A DNA stretch of 64,000 nt from Andalucia godoyi And28 (lineage: Eukaryota; Protista; Jakobida): assembly GCA_009859145.1 (NCBI GenBank), contig VRVR01000041.1, positions 62,001-126,000 on the forward strand, read 5' to 3'. The position numbers and the translations under genes were made by a program. The notes under the pieces were generated by a model that was not told the origin of the DNA, ran no database searches, and was given only the letters and a program-made list of their open reading frames with translations. Every line of letters starts with the position of its first letter. Position 1 is the stretch's first letter. This document shows, piece after piece, positions 48,883 through 59,046 of this stretch.

Positions 48883-50341
48883 ATGAGTGTCGTAGAGAGC
48901 CTCGGCACGGAAAGCGCACAACGGCAGCAGCCGCCGCCTATCTCAGTGTCGACGGCCAAGCCTCGGATTCTGCGCGTTCTGGTAGGGTCTCAAGTGTATC
49001 TCGTTCCTTCTGTGGTTGGAAAACGAAAGCTATCAACCTGGAAGATATTTCCATCTCTCACACGCATGGTTGCTTCTTCTGGCCAGTATGATGGGCCTAA
49101 CGTACCCTTCGCTGAAATGGGACAGTCTGTGATGCGCGAACAACAACGAGCGTTGGAAGAGCAGCCGCCGAACCCAAAGCCAAAGGATCTCGTTGCAGAT
49201 CTCGAAACAAGGGTATTTGAGAATTTCAAGAATTCGCATCGTTCTTCTTCACATACATCAACTTCATCATCATCAGGTTCGGGTTCGGGCTCGGGCCCAT
49301 GTTCTGCGAGAACCGCGGATGTCGCAGCAGCAAGTGTGCGTTCTGGATCAAACTCAAATTCGAATTCTCGTTGTGACAATCATGGTCTCGTCAGTACAAG
49401 TGGCTGCAGTATTGTGCACAGTGTTAATGATGGTGCCAGTGGTAGTGGTAGTGGTAGTGGTAGTATCAGTGCAAATGGCAGTGCTCCTTTTAATGGAGTT
49501 CGTGGAGTGGATTCGGCAGCGTCGTTTCCTTCCCGGATTGCTTCTGGAGGAACGACATCACACAGCAATCCTTCAGTGTCAGAGTCAACACACTCATCTG
49601 TGACCTCGTCATCGAATCGTGGAGAAGGAACGAACGGTGCGATACCGCAATTCGCCGGAGTGAAATCGGGTCTTTTCGACAGCAGTGTGAGCAACAAAAC
49701 GGAATCGGAAACGCGCGACAACGAGCTTTCTTTTGTATCCTATGACTCCACCAGCCAGCAATTCATTGTTTCATCTAGAAATCCTGAGGTTTATGCGGTT
49801 CTGTTTGACTGGCTGTTGAATGGTGTGTTTTTCGTTCCACATTACGTGTCTGTAGAAGACATTTTGAACGAACTGCAAGTTCTTGGGGCTCCCACTTCTG
49901 TTCTTCGAGAATTCAACCAGTCTGTGGCAAATTCCGACAGCCTGGGTTTGTCTTCAGCGCCCACAACAACGACCGACGAATCTCACCGAAGCACTGCCAC
50001 AAGACCTGGGATGTCGAATGCAGTCACAGATCGCAGAAATCCGCTTCCACCCTCAGCCGAGCTTGTCCACGATGTCGCGGATTCCATCCCGTATCGAGGG
50101 TCTGCATCATCTGGCAATCAAGCGTATCCCATCGAACAACAAACTGCCGGGGAATCGCGCGGCCCACCAAACTGCCCAGAATATTCGTCTTCATCGCCAT
50201 CCTCGCTCCGAAAGTCATTCTTGGTTGTTTCTGGTCATGAGTTTGTACCTGGTTCGGGACTCTCCAGTGGTGAACATGGCGAAAAGGCTCGACGGCCCAA
50301 TTCTCCGTCTGCTGCTGCTGTTGCTACTGTCTCGTGTCATC

Positions 50342-50380
<39 letters not shown>

Positions 50381-53223
50381 GTCAGCAGCAACAGCAACAG
50401 CAGCAGCAACAGCAACAGCAGCAGCAACAGCAACAGCAGCAGCAACTCCTGGATGCAAGCCTCGCCGACCGCGCTCTCAACCACGCTTCGCTTCATGGAC
50501 CCAGCGGACAGTTGACTCGACGCAGTCTGATGGAACAAACGGAATTGCTTGACAAATCGAGTGCTAGTAGAGATGGAAGGAGAGCTGACGGGTCGTCTGT
50601 CATTCGGAAAGAGTGGATTGCGCAGCAGCTCATCGAGTCCCACACAGCGGATGCCCGGTTTGACAATCCAGTCCCCAATGAATCCCCTCCAACGTCGAAT
50701 GAAGACCCAAAACATGTCGACAGTAGTCTGTCAGATGAAATGATCATGTACTCTCGTGACAGTTCCGAGCTGGTCTTGCAGCCGAATATTCCGCGGCCGC
50801 CGTCCAGTGAATCGGAACAGTTCGAGAACGTGAATTCAGCTTCTGGTAGTGGGCCTGACAGCCGTGCGAGCACGAGTGGATCCGCAGAAGACGGCGTCGC
50901 CAACGTTGGCCCAAAGGCCAAACGTCCTCGACTTGCCCAGACATCGCAAGCGGAGGCAACTCAGCATGTTTTTGAAAACGGCGATTTTCAAAATAAGATT
51001 GTCTGTGCCCGAATCGGCTCATCAACAGCGACAATGCAGACGTCTGCAGATTCGAGGGACAATGATGTCGAAGCGTCTCCTGTTCCGATTCAAGCAGTTG
51101 CAGCAAATCACTTTCTAAACAATGACATGGGTCTTGGAGATCACGATCTTTCTCTCGATCTGTGTGACAGCGGATCTTCCGGCGATTTCAATTTTGGTAT
51201 GACTGCTGCTGTGGCAACGTCGAGAAACGCTCAACAGAGAATTCAAAATGCAGTGTGTCAGGTGTCTTCTTTTGATTTGCCTGCATCTCGCTCGGAGGCG
51301 TGCATTCCTCTATCCAAGCACATTCCTGAGAAAACCCGCACGTCGTTTCAATGCCAGAACAGCTCGAATCGAAGTTCGCACTCGGAGTCTGCTGCACCGA
51401 TGACGGCATCTCCAAGCCGCCAATGCCCCACCGTAGGTAGCCGCAAGCAGCCGAAGAGCCAGTCTCCAAATTCTTCCCGCGATCATGTTTACCCGCAGGT
51501 CCCTTTATACGGTGGCATGTGTGTGAATTCGGATAGGAATTTATCCAGGGGCAGTGCCGTTGCGACAACAGCAGTGACAGCGCCTCTTCCGAAGCGCCCA
51601 CTGAACGCGTTCAATTTGTTTGCTTCTATACAGCGCGAAGAACTAAAGGATCTCTTGCCGTCGACGGATTTGAAGTCAACGAACAAGCACATAGGCAAGT
51701 TGTGGAAAGAACTCTCGCAAGACGAAAGAGAAAAGTACAGAAATATATCGGAGGAGAAAAACCGTGAGTTTTCTGTGCAAATGGAGAACATGAACATCTT
51801 GCAAGACATCACTGCTGCCGATGATGCCAGTCGAATTCCGTTGCGGATCAAGACTGTCAAGCCAAATGCTTACAACGAATTTCTTGCTACGCGGACCCCT
51901 GAAATCAGAGAACAGAATCCGAGCATGGATTTCCGAGAAATCATGAGAATCCTTTCCGATGAATGGAAGTGTCTGTCAGAGGAGGAAAAAGAGAAATTCC
52001 GTGAATCGTCAATGGAAAAAGCCCGTGCCCGCCGCGTTCGTCGTATTGAAGTAGCACAGAAGAAGATGTGCGAGGATCGTGAGCGCAGAAGCCAGCACGT
52101 CTATCAGCGGCAGGAGCAATTTGCGCTTGATTATCAGTTAGCAGCGGCAGCCGCTGTTGCCGAGACTGCTGGTGGTTCAGCGGCCATGCATCCGTTTTCC
52201 ACTGCTTCGTCTATTCAGCTTGATGGTACGTCTCGCGATCGGTTTGGATCGTCAGAGGGATCGTGGATGCATTCTGATTCCCAGCGTCACCATGCTGCAC
52301 CAATGTTTCCCAATCGCCAGCTGCAGGATGGCTTTGCTTCATTGGGAAGTAGAGTTTCTGAATTTCGTCATCGTCCAGGGGCACAGTCTTTTCAGGTTGT
52401 TGTGGACAGTTCTGGCGGATCGAAAACAACTTCTATTCCTCAGGATGGAGCACAGCCTAATGCTTCGAATGCACTGAATGCTGCGACGAACGCTCTGGCT
52501 TCATCATTGTCTGTGGCGTACGGTCTGTGGCCGCAGTTTAATTCCAGCCTCGCGAGTACGTTGTCATTGCCCGAGTTGGCTAACAAACCTTCTCTTATGA
52601 GCAACATTCCTGGATTCCCAATGATATCGACTGTGACACCGGATCAACAGACGCAGAATTTTGCTGGAACGGCTTCTTTTTCCAGTTTGGTACAGATGCA
52701 ATCACAGGCAGTTGAAAACCAGCAATTCCCGGTGTGGTCTGCGTCTTTTGGAACCTCGGGAAGTCTGCAAAGTTTGAACCAGTCTGCTGTGTCACATTCT
52801 GGAAAAGCCATGCCGAATATGCAAATGTTCAATGCGCCATTCGGAGCATCGTTTGCAATGGCTCTGCCATCGACGCAGGATGCACACAGTCACCACTTTG
52901 GGCACTCCAATAGCAATGCCAACTCCAGCTCTCTCAACCCAGCAAATGTCGACGATCATTTATCTTTTTCGAATTCATTTAGCTGCGGCATGGGCAGCGG
53001 ACCATTTTATACCAATTTGCAGCAATTCGCAGGTTACCCGTCTTCGTCACTGCCGTTCTCAGGAGCCCCTGATATCACTGGCACCTCATCAAGCTTTACC
53101 TCAACATCCAATGGTGGTGGTGGTGGGTCTGCTGCGGCTCCTTCCTTCCCTGCATGTTCTGTTCATCCTTCGTATGACACCCCTGCAAGCGGAAATTCTA
53201 TTCCGCATGCGCGACCATACTGA
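48883..53223 (+). CDS. Tandem HMG-box protein with a split BTB/T1-like N-terminal domain and polyHis/polyGln tracts, 1446 aa
   Basis: PKRPLNAFNLF...IGKLWKELSQDEREKY and KPNAYNEF...IMRILSDEWKCLSEEEKEKF are two HMG boxes. BTB-like halves lie at about 48967-49075 and 49727-49893. Confidence 0.85.
50341..50445 (+). repeat. (CAT)n and (CAG/CAA)n coding trinucleotide repeats (polyHis then polyGln)
   Basis: About 12 His codons followed by about 21 Gln codons. Confidence 0.9.
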
Positions 53224-53513
53224 TTCTCGGAATGCGGCCTCTTTCCCATCGCTCTTTCCAGTTCTGTCTTGGTGTTCTCCTCCTTCCTTTCCCCATTCTC
53301 ATTCTGATTCGTTCATGTTCCCAGTTCTTGATGTTGCATGTTTTCTGTACGCCACTGTATTGTATTTGTATTGTATTCTTTGGTACTGTACTTTTCTGGC
53401 ATCCGTTTCGATTATCATGTATTCTATAGCGCACTTCGCACGTTCGTCGCAATTCACAAAGTGCAGTGTGTCGTCTTATTTTGCAAGTAAATACATTTTT
53501 TGTTGCACCAACC

Positions 53514-54833
53514 TCATGCTTTCGAAGGAGTTGATGATAGCTGATGGAGAAATGGGGAAATCGTGGAGGTTCGCACCCACAACCCCCAATCTTCATCTGA
53601 TACCCATTTTGGGGGAGGAGCCTCGTAGACAATATTTTCCTCGATTTCATATTTCCAAGCATGCAGACAAATGAACAAGGATGCGGGATCGCTAATCAGA
53701 AGCCTTTTCCGACACTCACTGCAGCCTTCAAACACCGGTGAAAGAAACGCTCGGCACTCGTCCGATATTCCAGCCAGATCGAATGCAGCGTTCCGCATGC
53801 GCTTGGACGGCCTTTCGGCTTCCGCTGAATCTCCTGCAACAGAATGACGATCGTAGTGAGAGGGCTGCTGCATTCCATAGTCGGGGTCGTTCACAATGGG
53901 ATGTCCGATGGCTTGCAAATGCACGCGTATTTGATGAGTTCTGCCTGTGTACGGCTTGCACGCCACGATGCTTTGATCACATGCTTCAAAGTACCTGACA
54001 AACCGGACCTCCGTGCACGCCTCCACGCCGAGAGTTGGGTCATCCGTGCAGCCGTGCACTCCGTCCTTTTCATTGAGTGCCACCATGCGTTTTTCAATCC
54101 GCACTGGTTCCATCTTTTGCGAATTGAATTCTCCGTGCACACGCGCGTAGTAAACCTTTTGCATTGTGCGATCGCGCAGCTTCTTGTTGATTTTCTCTGC
54201 AACAACCGAGGTTTTTGCAAATACGACGACACCCGAGGTCAGCCGATCCAGTCGATTGACGGAGTACAGCTTCTTTCCCGGATAGAATTCATGTTCAGCA
54301 ATGTACAACAGCGAATTCTTGAAAAACCTGCCGCAGGGATGGACAGGAAGCGACGGCGGCTTGTTAAACACAACGTAGTCCACTGTTTCACCAATTTTGC
54401 AGATCGGGATATCCAATACTTGCTTTTCATGTCGGTGCATCTTGTGCTCAATGTGATGCTTGTCCATCAGCACAAGCTGCGGATCCGGTCTGGAACCGTT
54501 CACTGTAATGAACCCGTTTTCAATCGCGTTCGGAAAATACCCATCGTCCTCGCAAAACTCCGTCTCCAAGACATTGATAAGTGATCGGCCGACCCACCTT
54601 CGTTTCACCCATGCCTTTCGAACGTCGACGTACGGGAACACATGGCGGAGACCGCAAAGATATGCATAGTCACTGTCCCTTCTGTGGATTTCCAAAGGTG
54701 CAGACGGCAGCGGTTGTAATAGCATTGATGTTGCAGCACTGGCGGCAGGAACTTGCTGCGGTTCCATTTCCATGGTCCTCGGCTCAAGATGGCAGCGATC
54801 TTGCTCCTTCGCCGCGACGACGCACGCGTCCAT
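53514..54833 (-). CDS. RluA-family RNA pseudouridine synthase (RPUSD2/Pus8-9-like)
   Basis: LRHVFPY, S4-like region, HRHE, NKPPSLPVHPCG, NRLDRLTSG (catalytic Asp), KVYYARV.G, PYTGRTHQIRVHLQAIGHPIVND and LHAWKY. Start at 54833 or 54773. Confidence 0.92.
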   Translation of the reverse strand: MDACVVAAKEQDRCHLEPRTMEMEPQQVPAASAATSMLLQPLPSAPLEIHRRDSDYAYLCGLRHVFPYVDVRKAWVKRRWVGRSLINVLETEFCEDDGYFPNAIENGFITVNGSRPDPQLVLMDKHHIEHKMHRHEKQVLDIPICKIGETVDYVVFNKPPSLPVHPCGRFFKNSLLYIAEHEFYPGKKLYSVNRLDRLTSGVVVFAKTSVVAEKINKKLRDRTMQKVYYARVHGEFNSQKMEPVRIEKRMVALNEKDGVHGCTDDPTLGVEACTEVRFVRYFEACDQSIVACKPYTGRTHQIRVHLQAIGHPIVNDPDYGMQQPSHYDRHSVAGDSAEAERPSKRMRNAAFDLAGISDECRAFLSPVFEGCSECRKRLLISDPASLFICLHAWKYEIEENIVYEAPPPKWVSDEDWGLWVRTSTISPFLHQLSSTPSKA

Positions 54834-55095
54834 TCGTCCAACCGCCACTGCCTCTCCAAATGACGACGCCAATACTCGATACCGGTAGCAAACACAGAAC
54901 CCGTACTACGGTCCTGCGATTTTTTAATGGTGCTGTAGGTATCGGGGTAATGGGAGTCGTCCAATACTGCATGTCGATGCCTGTCGATCACGCATTGCTC
55001 CTCTGTGATTTGCTGACATCCTTCCAGTAAAAAATTCCGTAGTCGGGAGCACCAAGCAACGACGTCCGATTCCTTCTTTTTCCTTTCCTTTCTTT

Positions 55096-55105
55096 TCTTC
55101 TTCTT

Positions 55106-55135
<30 letters not shown>
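55096..55135. repeat. (CTT)n microsatellite in a divergent promoter
   Basis: About 13 CTT units. Confidence 0.9.
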
Positions 55136-55138
<3 letters not shown>

Positions 55139-55235
55139 ATCGTTCTGTGCGTTTCCTGGGCTACTGCAGAAGAACAAAGACTACCAGTTCAGAAGAAGCA
55201 GAACCAGCAGAAGCAACAGAAGAAGCAGAAGAAGG

Positions 55236-56296
55236 ATGGCAGACGATCTGTATGATTCGAGGAATCTCTTCTTTATTGGAGAGTATGCACAGGCTGTTGC
55301 GCTGGCCACCGGTGTGGCAGATTCCCGACTTTCCGACACTTTGCGAGTATGTTGCTTCCATCCCTCTCTCATTTCCTCATTTCCTCATTTCCTCATTTCC
55401 TCATTTCCTCATCTCTCCACTTGTCATTCCCGAGACACAGCATTCTAATTGTATGTCGAGGTCGGTGGGTTGACTAATACTGACAATGATGTTGACGATA
55501 GACTGAGAAAGAGTATATTATTGCGCGGTCTCAAATTGCACTGGGTCAAGCGGATCTCGTGTTGGCGGAGGCAAAATTCAAGTCGAAGAACGCGTCGATT
55601 GCGTTTCAAGCATTGCGAGTTTTGGCTTCGTTTTCTGCGCTTCCTGTGAGCCATCCTGAGAGATCAGCGCTGGTCGCGCAGGTTGAAGAATGGGCCTCGG
55701 GAGATCTTATGCTGCTCGGGCCGTTTGCTTCTGTATGTTGTGCTGTTGTGTTTCTTGCACTTGAAAAAGTGGATCGCGCCCTCCATGTGCTGCACAAGGT
55801 CCAGTCTCTGGAGATGAGTGCTATGCTTGTTGAGTGCTTCTTGGCAATTCAGCGAGTCGATCTTGCCGAAAAGGGTGTCCAAAGAATGCAGCAGGTCGAC
55901 GACGAGCATGTCTTGACGCAGCTGTCGCTGGCCAAAGTCAGACTGGCGAATGCACCGGCTGCGAATGCAGTGAATGATGCAGTAATGATCGTTGCGGAAC
56001 TCGGAACAAAGTATGGCGACTCGGTTGGGTTGATGAATCTGCAGGCAGTCGCTTCCATGCATCAAAACCGATTCGAAGATGCAGAAAAGTTGTTGTTGAA
56101 AGCGCTGGCAAAGCGGTCAAACGACGTCGAAACGTTGGTGAACATGGCAGTAGTGGCAGTGCATTTAAACAAGTCTCGGGATCTCGTCCAACGGTACGTT
56201 GCCCAAGTCAAAACCATTGCTCCTCAGCATCCATGGGTTCGTGCTCTTGCTGCAAAGGAGTCGCTGTTTGACGAGTCGGCACAGTCTGTGATGTAA
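55236..56296 (+). CDS. COPE: Coatomer subunit epsilon, 301 aa, exons 55236-55346 and 55502-56296
   Basis: MADDLYDSRNLFFIGEY joined through a phase-0 intron (GTATGT...GATAG) to TEKEYIIARSQIALG. Then IQRVDLAEK..MQQVDDEHVLTQL, TPR helices and PQHPWV..KESLFDE. Confidence 0.92.
55368..55407. repeat. (CTCATTTC)5 octamer repeat inside the COPE intron
   Basis: Five perfect tandem copies. Confidence 0.85.
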
Positions 56297-56795
56297 TGGG
56301 AAACGACGGTCGCTTCCGGTGCGTTGCAATTCTCAGAGCGCATGTAAATGAAAAATGACAAGCACTGATGCTGATGCTGATGATGATGATGAAAATGTTT
56401 TACAGGATTTCATGTCGAAAGAACTCGAGTGCATAGAACCGGTGCCGCGTTCACTGGAAAATTAAACATGCTTTTGCTTTCATGAAAAATACAATTCAAA
56501 TCCAGTTTGCAATTGAAAGAATACAGAAGAAGCACACAGCAAGCCATACGCAGAAAGCAGGGGGGAAAAGAGACCGCAGGCGGGGCAACCCGGGAGATAT
56601 CAACAAAGTAACGGGGGGAAAACAGGACAAAACAAAAACAAACTTCGATTCTTCTATGAAACAAGGAAGGCAAGGAAACAAACAGAAACAACAGACACCA
56701 AAATCCAAATCAAAAATCAAATCACAGCAACTTGTTAACACAGTCTCCAAATAGAAAACACAACTCGGTGTCACCCTAAGGTGAATAAATCTTGT

Positions 56796-58415
56796 TTAGA
56801 CTTTCGGGACACAAATTCGCACAACACTGTCTCCGCCAGACGTTTCAAAATGGATGAAAACATGTCTCGGAACATTGGTGACTCCATCAAGCAGATTCGA
56901 AAGAGAAATTCCAGCAAGGTCCTTGTATGTTTTCGTCTCCAGGATGTTAAAGATGCGTTCAAGAGGCTTTCCGAAAGCAACGACCTCGTCTTCCTTCACT
57001 CGCGACGCAAGCAAAGCCAAATCGTCTTCAGAACCGAGCGAACGGACAGAGGCAGAAATAACCTGATACCTATACTTTGGAGCTGAGATCAACAGGACGA
57101 GAGTAGAAGACTCGTACGCGGAATACCATTGAACGAAGGTGTTAACAATCTCTTCTTCTCGCTCCTTTTCTTCCTCTGTTTGCGGAACTTGCGACGGCTG
57201 CTGTTGTTGCTGCGACTGCTGTTGGCCATCAGTGGAGGTTCTCCAATTGCTTCGACGCTGCGCATACGAATCGAACGGTCTGACATGCTTTTCAAAGTAT
57301 GCCTTCACAACATCACGTTCAAGAGGAGTTCCTGAAACAAGAGCGTGGGGAGCAACCTGATGCAACCACATAGCAATCTTGTGACTCCCATCGTCGGATT
57401 TGACAAACGAAAAGTCGAAATCCATGTAAACCCCGTGTTGATCGCCGTGCGCAAGAGAAAACAATGCACCCCACGTAATACCATGTGTGACGGCGACGGC
57501 CAGCACAACTTGCATCAACGGCGACTCAATCATTTCTTGAACCCAAGCAAGAACTGTGGAGTACGTCACGTTTGCGGGCCAGAACAGGAATGCATCAGAC
57601 GACGGCTTACGGAACATGGAATCTACGCCGTGGTGCAGCGCCTCGGTGACGAGGCCATTTGCAAAGAAGCGGGTCTTCAAGAAGCGCTCAGTTCCTGGGA
57701 GCGTCCATGGTGAATCCTTGTTCGGACACATGTGGGGCTGCACAGAGCCCAATGGAACAACGGGCAGCTTCTCGGAGTTGAGAATCGAAATTTTGTTTCC
57801 ACTCAGCACGCGGTGCAGCGGTTCCAGGAACACAGAGGTGTGAACCGCAGCCGACTTCTTTCGTTCCTTGGCTTCGGTGACATTGCGCACCGCATCCAGA
57901 ATTCGCGACTTTCTCTGGAAATCCATGGAATCCACAAGAGACGGGCACGCATAGAGGACGCCAAGGATGGAAAAGACGCCAGAAAAGCCATCCGAATGAT
58001 CGCACTGCATCAAAAGCTCATCCAAAAGCACGGTTGCCGACGCTGAGGAAATACGGTCCGTCGATCCGGCAATGTCCGCCCACGCAACCTGCTCAATTGA
58101 CGACGATGCAAGTTCTGAAGGCACTGGGATGGACTCGGGGCGCTGTGGAACAACACGGCTGGTGGGTTGCACAGTCGCCATCGCCGTCGGAGACAGAGAG
58201 ACGCTCGGAGGTGCTGAAGTCGGAGCAGGAGCAGGAGATGCACCTGGAGTACCAGGCGCAGGGTTCAGCGCAGGCGTAGGGCGAAGCGACGCAAAGCGCT
58301 GGTTCGGAGCAGCGTTCGGCGACGGAACAGCTGCAATCGTTGCCGGAACCTTTTTCACAACAGACCGTTTCGTGTCCTTGCGACGATTATCAACTACCTG
58401 CCAGTCGTCATCCAT
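56796..58415 (-). CDS. Hypothetical protein, 539 aa
   Basis: Long ATG-initiated ORF with a Pro/Ala-rich linker and globular-looking segments. No family recognised. Confidence 0.7.
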   Translation of the reverse strand: MDDDWQVVDNRRKDTKRSVVKKVPATIAAVPSPNAAPNQRFASLRPTPALNPAPGTPGASPAPAPTSAPPSVSLSPTAMATVQPTSRVVPQRPESIPVPSELASSSIEQVAWADIAGSTDRISSASATVLLDELLMQCDHSDGFSGVFSILGVLYACPSLVDSMDFQRKSRILDAVRNVTEAKERKKSAAVHTSVFLEPLHRVLSGNKISILNSEKLPVVPLGSVQPHMCPNKDSPWTLPGTERFLKTRFFANGLVTEALHHGVDSMFRKPSSDAFLFWPANVTYSTVLAWVQEMIESPLMQVVLAVAVTHGITWGALFSLAHGDQHGVYMDFDFSFVKSDDGSHKIAMWLHQVAPHALVSGTPLERDVVKAYFEKHVRPFDSYAQRRSNWRTSTDGQQQSQQQQQPSQVPQTEEEKEREEEIVNTFVQWYSAYESSTLVLLISAPKYRYQVISASVRSLGSEDDLALLASRVKEDEVVAFGKPLERIFNILETKTYKDLAGISLSNLLDGVTNVPRHVFIHFETSGGDSVVRICVPKV

Positions 58416-58514
58416 TGTGGGAAATAGATCAGAGTAAGTGATTCAAAAAGAAAGATGTCAACGGTAATCACGTTTCTAGATTGAAAGGAGACAAAAAAGA
58501 AAGCAAGCGCAGAT

Positions 58515-58543
58515 TAGGAATAGGAATAGGAATAGGAATAGGA
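58515..58543. repeat. (TAGGAA)n hexamer repeat
   Basis: Four perfect copies plus a partial copy. Confidence 0.8.
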
Positions 58544-58816
58544 TTGGGAATTAGAGTGATGGAAGATATGAAGGAATGAAGGAGTGAAGGAACGAAAAGA
58601 AAAACCAATGGAGAATCGGTTCATTCGGACTTTCCGCACAAAGCAAATGGACAAATGCACGATAAGAATGAGTGATCCTCGAGCGAAATTGGGGCATCTT
58701 TTGGAATGCACGATAGCCCCCGTCGTCTTTTACCATTACTATTTTTTTCTAATATTTTTTTTTTGTATTCTGCCCAAAGGAGAGGCCCCGCCTTCCAGCA
58801 AAAAGACCCTCAGCTC

Positions 58817-58931
58817 GACAAGTGACAAGTGACAAGTGACAAGTGACAAGTGACAAGTGACAAGTGACAAGTGACAAGTGACAAGTGACAAGTGACAAGT
58901 GACAAGTGACAAGTGACAAGTGACAAGTGAC
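58817..58931. repeat. (GACAAGT)16 perfect heptamer tandem repeat upstream of DPP4
   Basis: Sixteen identical units at 58817-58928 plus GAC. Confidence 0.95.
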
Positions 58932-59046
58932 ACTTCCTTTTTTAACTATCTTTCTTTCTTGTTGCTGCTTGCTGCGCTTCTTCCACGACGTTCAGTTCAT
59001 TGAAGCAGCGCGTCTGTTGAGAGTCCCTGCAGCCGTGCACTTGACC

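Noticed and set aside
58515-58931. Tandem repeats as CRISPR array or interstitial telomere
   Set aside because: There are no spacers or cas genes and the context is eukaryotic. The units (TAGGAA, GACAAGT) do not match TTAGGG-type telomeric repeats, and the TAGGAA run is only four copies.
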